A DNA stretch of 64,000 nt from Paragordius varius. Lineage: Eukaryota > Animalia > Nematomorpha. The stretch is taken from assembly GCA_964247055.1 (NCBI GenBank), contig OZ176050.1, positions 7,626,001 to 7,690,000 on the forward strand, in the 5' to 3' direction. A program made the position numbers and the translations under genes. This document shows, in pieces, positions 51,201-64,000 of the stretch; the stretch's first letter is position 1; the number at the start of each line of letters is the position of its first letter. Below the pieces are notes generated by a model. It saw only the letters and a list, made by a program, of their open reading frames with translations, ran no database searches and was not told where the DNA came from.

Positions 51201-51982
51201 GAATTTAATATTTAACTACATTTATTATATATATAACTGTTAACAGTCAAACTATAGATTAAATCATTTAAGACACATCATTTTAAAAACCAAATTTTTG
51301 TGTAAATATTTTATATACATAATAAAAAGGTATTTGTTTTTACATATATCCCATATATAACAAAGGCAAAAGTCACTCATTTTTGTGTTCATATATCCAC
51401 TTGTCGCTCTGCACATTAGATAATTTATATGTTAGTTATGAATAAACAAATAATCATAAAAAATTAGTTTTCTTCGAATTAAATCGAATTGGCGATTTTA
51501 CGTTTTTTATTTTTTAAAACATCCAACTTTTTATCAACTATATATTTTACAAGTGTAGGTATTTACATATATGAAAGATACATCCAAATATTTTTAATTT
51601 ATGTAGGATGATCCATTTAAAAGTTAATATATATAATGATGTGTGTTTATTTATACATATAAATATTTTGTAAAAGATATCGCGCGGAAAAAATATTTGT
51701 TATATGATACATTTATCCATATATCTAGCTTTTTACTTACACAAAACTAACATACACTTAATTGCATTTTGTAATTAAATCAAACTAAACAAAACTCAGC
51801 TATATAACTACACATTAAAGTGTAGTTAGCTTGTTGTAATATCATCTCTTCTTATAATCTCATGTATCATCCCCATCATATATCAAAAAAGATAAATATA
51901 ATTTTCAAAAAAATATGAGTTTGCATTATGTTTAATTACATACATATTTTGTATTAATCCGACATTACTTACGCAACATACA

Positions 51983-52402
51983 ATGACAGAAACGGACAGC
52001 ACTAATATAAATATATCGCTTAAACAACCGTATGAAAATACCCTTAAAGCTGCTATGTTTCAGGGTGGGATTCGTAATAATAAAAGAAATTTTGACATCA
52101 TGGCGGATAATTTTAACAATGCATCCTGCAATAATTTTGTGCCCAATTCATCTGACACTTCTTTGGCTAAAATCCCTAAATTAAGTGTCACCTCTACAAC
52201 TGCTTTTGAAAATATTAATAATGATAATAAACCCAAAAATAACGACATAAACAACGGATTTTCAAACATATCAGCGAATAATATGACTTTAAGCACCCCA
52301 TCACCTTTAATTTCTAATGTTTCGATGCCTGATTACGTTCCGCATTATCCCTTTTTCAATACAATGATGATGATGCCTCCTTCTATGAATAATATGGCCA
52401 AG
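51983..52402 (+). CDS. Irx: Irx coding exon 1 (Asn/Ser-rich N-terminus)
   Basis: 140 codons; donor AAG|GTATGC in phase with exon 2; assignment rests on splice phase and composition rather than domain homology. Confidence 0.75.
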
Positions 52403-55400
52403 GTATGCCTTATATACATATATATGAAAATTTGATTTAATTTTATTTAGTTTAAAAGATTACCCTTAAAAATCATGATATGTTTTGGTTTAAAGTCAGA
52501 AATCCATTTTATTAAAACAATTATAAAATATAGAAAAAAAATTGATTATTTTTATAAAATCAATTATAACTGTATGATAAAATATTACAAATAAACTAAT
52601 TGAACTACAATTATAAGAGAGGATCGCATATTTTGGACTTAAATCTCATGATTCATAACATATAAAGTATAAAAGTATCATCTTTATCGTGTGGTATAAA
52701 TTAATTAGTTTTTGCTTTTGTTTTTTCATAAATGAAAACAATATTGGCACCAACATAAACTCTTGTAAATCTTTCTGTTAAAATTCGGTTCCAAAACTAA
52801 TTTTAATGAATTTTGCGAAAAATGGACGGTTCGCTTAGCTAACTAAAATTTTGGTATTTTAAAATACTTATACATATATATGTAGTTGTGATTTTATCTT
52901 TGATGGGTTTTGAAGGAATTTAAATATTATTTAGCATAAAGAATGATTGTGCTTAAAGTATAAAAGAAGAGGGGTAAATTTAAAGCGGTTTGTTTCCCAA
53001 AATATGAATTTTCTAACAAAAAAATGTTATAGTGTACATTTATTATCGTATAAATTTTGAGCATTAAAGTGAGTAAATAATTTAATTGTTAAAAATGGCT
53101 ATAATGTATAATTAAATATTTATTTCGTCTAAATTTCAATAATTCAAAAGCACGCGCTAAAACATATTTTTAAAGCATGATATTAGGAGAAAAAAAATGA
53201 ATGATATCAATTATTCATAATTTTCTTTTGTGTTTTATCTTTTTTTGTTGTTTTTTTCTAAAATCTAAATTTGAAAAACATGGATGGTTTTGTTGCAAAT
53301 ATTTTTCTTTGATGTGGTTATTTAAGCTTGTAATAAAAAAACTAATGCATTTTCACATCCACAGTAAAAATATTTTGGATTATCTTTGCAAGATTCAAAA
53401 ATAAATGTTTTCTTTTCCACTTCCAAGATTATATAATATACATTAACCGATTGTTGTACCACCCTAAATATATTTTGTCCAAATCAATTTGAACAAAAAA
53501 GTTTAAGAGCAAATTGTAGAGAATTCCTGCACCCTTTATTAGCAAAGTTAGTTCGATACGATATGAATTTTTGTTAAAAAGGTTTGGTATGCATAATAGG
53601 TGTCACCGGTTAGAAATGTAAAAATATTGTGTAATCTCAAAATTTATAAAGTAAAAAAACCATTTGATTGTTAAGACGTTATATTAAGTTACGACATACC
53701 AATTGTGTTATTTTATTGATTGTGAGCATTAATATTAGATTTATACACCAGGTTATTATTTTTTGCCGCTAACTTTTTTGATTTGATTGAGTAGAACTGT
53801 TTTTCAATGAGAACTTAACGTGTAGTTAACCGCTTGCCCAATTTTACTGTAGAGCACTATCCTTTACAATTTTACTTATATCCCATTTGGGCAGTAAATT
53901 AATATATTTGTTAAAGTGAAAAAGAGGATCTTTCTTATTTTTACAAAAATTAATTTATTAACTGACAAAATCGATATTAAACTTTATAAATACTTTTTAC
54001 ATCAAAATTTTAATCAGTTAACATATTTAACATATTTCTTCATCTGCTAATCAAAATTGTATAATTTACCATGATAAATTAGCGGCTTATAATTGATTTA
54101 ATTTGAATCGAGTTGAATGCATCAAATAAAAATCTTTGTGTTTTGATTTAATTTATTTCTTAATATTTATAAATGTATTTTAAATTTCGGCAATTTGAAA
54201 CGCCGGAATTTACCACATTAAAATTTTTTTTACAAAAATATATGGCAAATTGGATTTCAGATTTTTGATAAATGTTCACTACAGTGAATGCTAATGGATA
54301 TTTTTGAAATATCTATCACTCAAATATCCAGCTAATTCAAATCGAGGAATTTGAAAAAGCGCTTATGTAAAATTGCAAAAAAAACTAAAAAAATGTTAAA
54401 ATTAACCTTTACAGGAAATATATATTTTACGGGCGTTTTTTTTGTTCAGTATAAGTAACCAAAATACTAACTACTTAATAGGTTTTGGCTTTTTTATTAC
54501 TTTTGTTTGAGATACTCAACACTTTAGTATGAAAAAAAAACAGGTCTCGTCGTACAAAACACTACCAAATTGCTCTAAAAAATATAATTTAACAAGATTT
54601 TATAAACACACCTATTAACACTTTAATAAAAAAAGAAAATATTTTATATGTACTTGTATTGTTAAAAATATTACTAAATAGATATAATAAACTTTTTTGA
54701 TTATTTGACAGGTTTACGACTTTTTGTTACTATACTGCTTGTTTGTTGCCTTACTCTTTTATACAAATGAGAACAACAATACATATATTTACCGTCAAAA
54801 AATGTTCAAAAAACGCGACATTTGTTAATAATTTCTTTTACACATCATTTTTCCAAAAACAAAGTTTAGCCAAAAATATTTTTGCCTTAAATATACCATT
54901 TTTATTAACCGAAAACGCAAAATATTTTGGCTTGTTGTTTAATAACAAGAATCATATTTATTGTTTTTGCTGTATTCGGTTTTTTTGTACAAAAAGCGTT
55001 GGAAAAAGTATCTAAGCTAGGTTTCTTTTTACTTAACAGTTTTAGCGAAAAATTATATGTAATGTTTGTGTGGTTTGAATTGTTTGTTTTATTATGTATA
55101 ATTTGAATAATAATTACAATAAGAGATATATACTTAAAATTATAAAAGTATTGTAAAATATGTTTCAAGATTTTTGCTATATAAATTTAAATATGTATAT
55201 ATATATTATATTTATGCACTTCAAAAAGTCGTATTTAGAGAATAAAAAGTTCAAACGAAAAATACAGAGAATGTCAAAAGCAATCGCGGACGGCTAGGGG
55301 TTTTTGGTTTTTTTAATCTTTTATAAAATTTGATTTTTTGAACCCTAAGAAAAAAGACAAAATCTAATGTAATTTCTCTTTGATTCTTATCATTATTACA

Positions 55401-58400
55401 AACATCATTTGTGTAAATTATATATATGTTTTTAGGGTATATTGTTTATCATTATCTGTATATTAAAAAAACGAAAAAATATGTTTTTGAAGTGTATGCA
55501 AAAAAATTTCTTTACTATAAGAAATGCTATATATAATTTATTGATGTTCAAAAATGTAAGTATTATATCGATAAATGTACAATTAGTGGTTTTTGATAAT
55601 ATGTGTTGTGTTGTCTTAACCCTTCAAGAAAAATGAATTAAACAAATAAAATTTTTGTCGCATCTTTAAACTAACTGGCCTTTTCACGAGCGCCGCTTAA
55701 AATATTGGCAACATACCGCAAAAAAATCCGCAAAACTTTTATACTACTACAATAAAGATAATTTGTATATATATACTCATGTGATAGAATAATTACATGA
55801 CGTAATATTTTGTATAACAATCGTCTCGTGTCAAGAGTAAAATATATTTGGCACAAATATTGTTTAAAAATTATGATTGCTAACACAAATAATTTGTGAT
55901 TATTTTAATTATAGCATAGGTCCGTAAAAGGAGCAGACTTGGATATATTACCATTTTACTAAATAATTTTTAGTTTGTAAAGAAATATAGCTAACAACTT
56001 CGCCGTAATACGTTTGTAAAATATAATTTTAAGGTTTACCTATGATATAATTCAAAATCGTTTAAACCTAAAGTGCATGACGGTTAGTGTCTGGCCTTCT
56101 TATAATAATAAAACAAGCCAAACCAGTTTTTGGATTTATGGGGGAAGGGGGGGGGGGGGGGTGAGATTTTAAAAAATAAAATTCGTTAAAAATAAAAATT
56201 ACCCTTATAAAAATTATTTGAAGAGTGACTTGAGTCAGAATAAATATACTGAATTGCTTCCGCATAATATTTTTAAAGCGAATCAAAAATAGTCCGCTAC
56301 GAACACACAAACTTAGCTTATAGAAAATAGCTCGGCTTATTTGTTAAACAACTAAAATCGGCAAAAAATAGTTTACTTGCATCTTTTATATATATAAATC
56401 TGCTAAAGTGAACAAGGTTATTTTGATACCATTTAATTTATGATTTTGATTAATTCGGTATATCATCATAAACACAAAAAATTAAGTTATTTTGCGTATC
56501 GACAAAAAATACAAAACAAATCGTAATTAGTTGAAATAATTTAGTAAGTATCCAATATTTTTGAAATTAATCTAAGATCGAAAACATAGGAGACCTTTAT
56601 ACGATAAAAATTAATAAATAAAAGCACCACAATAAAAAAAAATTTGAATGTAAAAAAATGATGCGTCGCATATATCCAAATTTATGTTTTGAATTTCTTA
56701 ACGGGATTACTTACTCACCACAAAAAAATCATTAGTAAGTATGTCTTATATGTATACCATTAATTTAATGAACAAAACTATAAAAAAATATATTGGTAAT
56801 TTTAATAACAATCAACAATTTTAGGTGTGTAAAAGACAAAAAAAACTGCAAAAATTTCAAAAATATGTATGTATGTACAAGGTATATAAAAAATGTAACG
56901 AAAAACAATAAAAAAGATATAAATTATAATCATCATAAAATTTGAATGTATATGTACATAAAAATAGAAACATATTGTTCAAAAACCTTACTTATAAATT
57001 TTGAATATGAATGAGGTGTTGTTTTTTTATAAACACCAAAAATGTAATGTTACATTTTGTTTTACTACGAATTTTGTTTGATTTTTGTGCGATTTCTGAG
57101 AATTTTAATACATATTAAACTTGTTTATTTCCATAAATACTTATATCAAACTTTTAAAAAATATCATGGGGTCCTGGTCTCTAAGCATAACTAAAAACAA
57201 GATTTATAAACTATACTGATAAAAAACTTTGTGAGTAGTCATCATTAATTAACACAAAAATATTAACATATTGTCATAATTTCTAATAATTTTGGAAGAA
57301 TTTTCAGTTTAAACACTATAAAGTTGTATATAGATAATAAAATTAGTTAAATATTATTCACTAATTTATAAGCTTTTCTAAGAGATGAAATTTTTTTATA
57401 AGAGATGAGCAAAGTATGAAAAGACCACACACGTATTTCTACAACTTACAAAGTTTATTATAGATTTAAAACATGTTTTTTAGATAAATTGTAATAACAT
57501 TAATTGTACTCTAGCCAAAAATGTTTTATGAAACAATTTGGTGGTTTTATGAATCTCTCAATGATCCTAAACAAGCATAAGTAATAAATATAAATCAACA
57601 ATCGTTTATAAGTATATAAATATTACAGGATTACAATAAATAACATTTTTTCCAATTTTTAATTTTTCTTTGTATGATTTTAATTTTAATCAAGACTTTT
57701 TTTACCGAAAATAAATTGACATGTCTGATCCACCAAATTAAAGGAATGATTAGGTGAGAAGACTAAAATGTCATTTTATAAAATAGATCTGCACAATTTT
57801 GAATTAGTCTAAAAACGGTTAATTAACATTGTTAGTAAATGATTATCCCCGATGTGTATAATATAAGTTACAAATTTCTTTGACTGTATTAGTCAGAGAT
57901 GGTTATTTAGGTTGACACCGACACACATATTAATCGAGATAAGAAGATAATGATTTTATTTTATATCTCAGGTATAAAATGAACCACCCCAATTTTTTAA
58001 TCAAAATATACAATATAAAAAATGATTTAAAATGTTGTGTAGATATGTAATTTATCTCACGACTTTACATCCTTAGTATCAAAAAAGTTTGTGTTTTAGT
58101 AATCGCACCATAAAATCAATCACTATTAATTAAATCAATCTGTTGGACATAAAAAGTTTATAAAATTTGGTGAGACACGTAAAAAGTGTCTATACATATC
58201 TATATATATTTTCAACAAATCTTGTATTTTAGTAGGTATTCTTATTATAAGTTATTGAGGTGTTTAAATACTTTCTTTGGAAGTCAATTATTTCTTTTTT
58301 TATTTGTTTTTTTTATATAAATTGTATATATGATTGATATGGATAAATAAATATATTTTAATATTCAATACATGTGTATGTATATATATAAAAACGATAT

Positions 58401-61400
58401 ATGAATGAATTTGTATGTCTATGTAATAAGTACAACACATTATAAAAAAACAAAAATGATACATTGTTACAACCAAATAATTTATAACAAAATAAAAATT
58501 AATCTCACTATTTCGACAGTTATACACCAATTTTTAATATCGCCTAATTTTTATCAATTTTTTTTCCATTAGGATTATTTTGCGCTTGAAACATATCGAA
58601 AATTCCAAAATCAATATCAGGAAGATTTGAAAAATAGTAATCACACATTCACTAAAGTGTCTAAAACGCTGGAAATTCCAACAAACCTGCCAAAGGATAA
58701 ACTATCGAATTCTGAGATATCGACACACTCATCAATGCATATACCAAATGAGGAAACTGTTATCAAAAACGTTGAAAGAAATAACGATGACATTAAAAGA
58801 TACTTTGGTTCGAATGATGTAAAAAATTCGTCAAATTTGTTCAATATCGAGAAACTTGCTCACATTCCACCCTATGGTATCCATCCTCCAGGGTAAATAA
58901 TAATTTATATCTCTACGGTTTTTTATTTTTTTTAAACCCATAATCACTATATATGTATATATGTATAGCATTTTTATGCCCATGTTCGGATTCCCACCTT
59001 CAACATTTCCAATTCCTTCACCATTCATGAATATACGATCTCGGAGGGAAGATATACTTCCCCTAACTTATCAACATATTATTCCCAAATCTCAATCTCA
59101 CATCTCCGATAAAGTAGTCATAAATTCCATATCTGAAAACAATAATGAGGCTCATTTTGATAGCACAAATATAGCAGATGGTTATCGAACTAAATTTTTG
59201 CATATAACAATTTGTTCGACGACTGGGCAAAATAGACATTCACCCCTTATGACTGAGTCGATCACAATGAAAAGAATACCGCCACCACAACTTTCTAGTA
59301 GACAACCGCACTTGTTAAATAGCATGATGCCTCCACCCTATTTTATGTCGCATCAATCATCAGCTGTTAATAGGTATAGAGGAGAGAACGTAGTGACAGA
59401 AAAATCATCAGCCCCTAATCCTTCTACATTTTTTGATTCACAGCTCTTTTCGGGACATTCAAACTCAATGATAAATCGAAATCATGCCGCTTTCAACAAT
59501 GTCAGCAGTAATGGCAAAATTAGTGGGAATGGACCAATCTTGGCACCACCTCCTCGACGCAAGAATGCCACGCGAGAAACTACGAGTGCTCTTAAAGCAT
59601 GGCTCATTGATCATCGAAAGAACCCGTATCCAACTAAAGGTACACAATTTATTAAAATATGTAATTTTTCAAGCATTTTTTCTAGAAACCGAAAATTATT
59701 TATCTATTTGATCGAATGTTTCCTTTCTTTACCCCATTTTTAAATTAGGTGAAAAAATTATGTTGGCAATCATAACGAAAATGACATTAACACAAGTTTC
59801 AACATGGTTTGCTAATGCCAGACGACGCTTAAAGAAAGAAAATCCACACCATAATGCTTATTCCAACGATAATAAAACATCGGGGAACGGGAGTGGAATC
59901 GATGAAACCGCTTCATTGAATTTCGATGATGACGTAGAAGATGATGATGACTTTTTTGAACAAGCTTTGGAATTAGAACAACATCATGGACACAATCAGG
60001 AACCCACGTATGATGACAAAAAGAAAAAACATGAAATGCATGATTATAAAAATGTTGAAGCACAAATGGTACATCAAACTACTGAGAGTAAGAGTTTTGA
60101 GATTGATGGAGCTAAACGTGAAAGAAATTTGATGTATGATTATAACGCAAATAACAATGGAGAATATAAAACTTTACCTGCAATGAGTAGCCAAAATGCC
60201 CATTCTTTGCGAGAGAATAAGAAAGGTATCTAATTATACCAAATTAAATTATGATGATAATCATATTTTAATTTGGTATAATTTTTTAATATCCTTAATA
60301 TAGATGCTAATGTCGCTGTTTGCACTGCATCCGATACTATAAAGTCAAACAGTATCACATTAAAACACGAGAATGGAGGCAACAGCCCATCGCATGACAA
60401 AACAGAACCTACTGAAGATAATAAAAAGGGCAACACAAATGAATCTCATAAATCTTCCCAAAATGTTTCCTATCCGACGCAAAACATGCCTAATCTCCTC
60501 GTCCCCCCATGCAATCCAAATGGCTCCGATGATCAATATGCAGGGAATCCGTTTCTCAAATTACTAGGCACCTATAACGCCTACATGATGTCAGCAAACG
60601 GCGATCCTCTTATCAACCAATTAAACCATCGGAATTTCCCATTTTCTCAACCAACAATGTCTATGAACGATGACCTGCAGGGAAATATAAAGGAAAATCT
60701 CCCATCAAATGTGGCAAACTGTTTTGGATCTCAGATGGTTGGACCGCCTCAACCTTTCTTTTCCCCGGCATTCGGGACAAATTTACCGCACCCATTCTAC
60801 AATCCTTACAACTATTTACATTCTTCTCATCAACAACAACAGACACCGACAGCATTCCTGGCGGCCATGTCGGCGCTTAATGCTTACTATGGTAATACAA
60901 ACTTTATGAGCGTATTCAATGAATTTCAAAAAAATGTGGATAATATGTCTCAACCACAAATATCACCGGATAAAGTAAATATTCCTTCGAATGCCACCAA
61001 TGATCATCAAACAAATCATAATCACCCGCTAGTTTCTTCTAATGATTCCACCCATGAAAAGGAAAATATAGATGGAAAAACTGCACCTATAATATCCCCA
61101 CATATTTCACCTCGGCTAGATAATACGAGCAATATAAATGAAAATGGTGGTGAATCTCATAATAGTTCAGAAAAAAGTTACCCATCTGTCCATAGTTTGG
61201 AAGTTAACTTAAAACCCGACAACGATCATAAACAAGGTGACAAAAGAAAAGCTAAATCTGATTACAACCCTACTACCTCCTTCAATAAAAAACATACTGG
61301 CCAAAGAATCTTTACCACTTTACTTAAAAGTACAATTATTTTTTGGTTATTACATAAAATACTGCATACAAATCTTTTTAGAAGTTTTTCGAAATTCGGA

Positions 61401-62004
61401 TGGTATTTTTTATTTTTTAGAAAAAATAACCTTCGTGGTATAATTGGTTACATGCATAATCAGGATATATTTTTTCAATCAGATTTTATTTAATATGTAT
61501 TGGTAATACCACCAATATTTTCCCCAAAATTAAAATTATCAGGATTAAAAAAATATTTATAGTTATATTTGTAGTATTTTGCAATTTTTAATAAATTTTA
61601 GATAAATGTCAATCATTTTTTTGATGGCTTTCGTGTCAATAAAATTTTTACCTACCGTGTATTATAAAGTTGAATCTTTTTATCGTGTAAAGAATATAGA
61701 TATAAAAAAATTACCATTTTTTACAAATATTAATATATTTTATATTAAAGGTCCAAAAAAGGAGGTAAATAATTCAGAAAAACGACTACACCCATCTAAC
61801 TCGGATTGTTTGACAAATGCATCATCAAACAGTTTGATATCATCTCTGTCATCATCGACGAATTCTGATTTTTTAATAATAGCGAATTCCAATAAAACAG
61901 AAAGCAAATTGTCTAACAATAAATTGATTTCAAACGGATGCCATGTCCAAGCTACCAGCTCACCAAAAATTTGGTCAATGGCCAAATTAATTGATAAAAA
62001 TTAA
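51983..62004 (+). CDS. Irx: Iroquois-class TALE homeobox protein, complete gene
   Basis: join(51983-52402,58573-58892,58969-59639,59749-60225,60304-61329 or 61236,61751-62004) is open with consistent phases (1055 or 1024 aa); homeodomain [28 protein letters not shown]|[32 protein letters not shown]; IRO box PKIWSMA at 61963. Confidence 0.95.
56140..56161 (+). repeat. Poly-G tract G5-AA-G15
   Basis: Direct reading. Confidence 0.9.
58573..58892 (+). CDS. Irx: Irx coding exon 2
   Basis: TTTTTCCATTAG|GAT; donor GG|GTAAAT, phase 2. Confidence 0.85.
58969..59639 (+). CDS. Irx: Irx coding exon 3 (first half of homeodomain at 3' end)
   Basis: Ends ...NPYPTK G|GTACAC. Confidence 0.93.
59749..60225 (+). 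CDS. Irx: Irx coding exon 4 (second half of homeodomain, acidic tract)
   Basis: [32 protein letters not shown]; [12 protein letters not shown]. Confidence 0.95.
60304..61329 (+). CDS. Irx: Irx coding exon 5 (3' end uncertain: 61236 or 61329)
   Basis: Acceptor ATAG at 60303; long open frame; two phase-1 GT donors fit the last exon. Confidence 0.82.
61751..62004 (+). CDS. Irx: Irx terminal exon with IRO box
   Basis: ...[18 protein letters not shown] at 62002-62004. Confidence 0.9.
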
Positions 62005-62205
62005 ATTAAATTGTTTTTTGTTTACGAAAAATTTGTAGTTTATTTCATGTCCTTCCTTATCGGTTTTTAAGCAATATTAGATAATTGGAAGTGTAATTGT
62101 TGTAATTTTTTGAAAATCATGTACTAAATGCACATTATTCTACATACACATTAAAACTAAATATATATTAAAAAAATTATATATGATGTACACAAAAATA
62201 AAATT

Positions 62206-62215
62206 AATAAATAAA
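62206..62215 (+). terminator. Candidate Irx polyadenylation signals (overlapping AATAAA)
   Basis: AATAAATAAA about 200 nt after the stop; AATAAA is common in AT-rich DNA, so this is weak. Confidence 0.3.
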
Positions 62216-62627
62216 TCTCGTTCGTATATATATTTCGAAATCATAATATATATATGTCAATGAAAAAAAAATGAATTTCTATGGAGCTTATACATTCTAA
62301 CGTTAACGAAATATGTAGAGTGTAATTAGTCAATACGTGCTTAGAACTTCCTGTATTATAACACACTAAAAGCAATTCCGGATAAAAACATTATTGTATA
62401 ATTTTTTATATTATATTTCAAATTTCGTTTTAGTAATGAGTGACAACAATGATATTTCAAATCTTTTTTAGATTTGAAATTTAATGTTTTATCAGAAATC
62501 GAATACGTATAATTTTTTACCAAAATTTTGTTTACGCCTCTATGTTTAAATGGATCATATTGTATCATTTAATTAAAATATCATTATTTTTAAGAAAATT
62601 ACTTATTTTGCATCGAAATTCCCATTG

Positions 62628-62650
62628 TATATATATATATATATATATAT
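62628..62650. repeat. (TA)n microsatellite
   Basis: Direct reading. Confidence 0.85.
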
Positions 62651-63827
62651 GTAAAATATTTTTATATTAAACAAAATTTACATAATCGGAAGCTTTTCTA
62701 TAGTAACAAAACATTTTTTAACACAAAAAATTATGTAGCGAAGAAAAACAGATACTAAAACGCAAAATAACTCTGAAGGAAATATGTAATCAGTATTCAA
62801 TATGTTGCAAATACATCAAAATATATATGTGTAACGGTAAGTGATTGTTATTCATTAGTTAACATTTGCAATAATTACATATTACATACAAGAATAAAAT
62901 CGGAAGCGATAGAGCAATCCTACATTACGTAATGATAATTAGATTATATTTTACGGGAAAAGAAAAGGGGTTGATTTATTTAAAATAATTGACTATATAT
63001 ACATTTAATAAACATATATACTTAACATTAAAATTTAATCACTTTGATCTGTAATCACAATCAAAAAAGTGAATCTTGTCTTAAAAACCAATTTCTGTCA
63101 TAAAAATGGTATCCATAGAATAACTTTTGGGCCCCTAGATAAAAAACAAAAGACAATGGAGAAATTGGGTTAATTACAAAAAAACGAATATTTTATCTGC
63201 AGGTTAAAGAACTTGCATGCTTCAATGTATTGTTCGTTTATGGTTTCAGCTTGCGTCAGAATAGCACAGGCAATTTCAAACATGAATTTATTTTTTTAAA
63301 TATTTCACAGCGACTAACACCCTATTGTAGCCCAAAATTATATCATAATTTGTTTTTAGCATTTTTCACTACAAAAAGCAAGTGGTATTGCTTATATCTT
63401 AAGATAATATTTATTTCTTTACTTAAATTTTGCACTCGCATTCACGAGTGGCTTAAGGTTGCAAATAAATTTTATTGTATACCAATTTCGAACTCCTCCC
63501 AATTAATGTTAACTCTCTCCCTATTTAACAGTTACTACATTCATATTCAGTAGCGTATGGGTTACAATTAAAAATCCGTTGGCAATCCAATATAGATAAT
63601 GTTTAAGATAATTGAATATTGCTTGCATATGAATAAATTTCCACTATACGCTAAATACATAAGCTAATTCATAGGAAATTTAAAACCGACTTTGCTTTAG
63701 GTTGTATAGCCTCCGTTACATACATATATTCGCCAGATATTGATAATACCAATTTAAAGTAATTTAAAAGTTGTTCTATTCTCTTATCAAAAAATTAAAA
63801 ATTTATTTTTATGATAATTAATAAAGA

Positions 63828-63945
63828 TACCATTTACAGCTCAAATTCCCCCTTGAACAATTCAAATTTACCCTCGAACAATTCCAACACCCTAAAATAA
63901 AATTTGTTTTTTAAATTAAAAATTACCTATATTTTAAAAATGAAA
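63828..63945. mobile_element. Left half of the 21-bp-subrepeat MITE family (as 28705-28925)
   Basis: TACCATTTACA..CAAATTC.CCC.TTGAACAATTCAAATT.ACCCTCGAACAA..CACCCTAAAATAAA..AAAATTACCTAT. Confidence 0.75.
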
Positions 63946-64000
63946 TTTTGTTTAAAATTAAAAAACTGAAAAAAATAAAAACCAAGCCATTAAGATATAT

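Noticed and set aside
53440-53620. Possible degenerate inverted-repeat element in Irx intron 1
   Set aside because: Terminal similarity is too weak to call without alignment statistics
52060-61985. Minus-strand ORFs overlapping Irx exons (52060-52296, 58641-58844, 59465-59647, 59812-60063, 60661-60855, 61740-61985)
   Set aside because: Typical antisense shadows of coding exons; no independent homology or splice support
883-63553. Remaining short F/I/K/L/Y-rich ORFs in the ORF track
   Set aside because: Composition expected from random AT-rich DNA, many with non-ATG starts, and no recognisable motifs
1-64000. tRNA, rRNA, snRNA or spliced-leader RNA genes
   Set aside because: No cloverleaf, A/B-box pair or known conserved RNA sequence recognised by eye; tRNAscan-SE/Infernal would be needed to exclude them formally

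Overview
Very AT-rich animal (invertebrate-like) genomic DNA with spliceosomal GT-AG introns; the species cannot be assigned from the sequence alone. Three plus-strand neural genes can be reconstructed by hand: the last two coding exons of a neurocalcin-type neuronal calcium sensor (5295-5961), a complete high-affinity choline transporter SLC5A7/ChT (20067-28555, 9-10 coding exons, about 556-562 aa) and a complete Iroquois TALE homeobox gene (51983-62004, 6 coding exons, about 1024-1055 aa). The first 45 kb is littered with transposon relics: a Buster-type hAT with an intact 8-bp TSD and an internal inverted arm, two Mos1-like mariners, a near full-length RTE LINE plus fragments, and several MITE families. 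The most unusual structure is a ~3.4 kb foldback made of two head-to-head arrays of a ~315-bp dimeric repeat (about 38030-41425). No rRNA, tRNA or CRISPR array was recognised. All coordinates were read manually, and repeat boundaries are approximate unless TIRs or TSDs are quoted.
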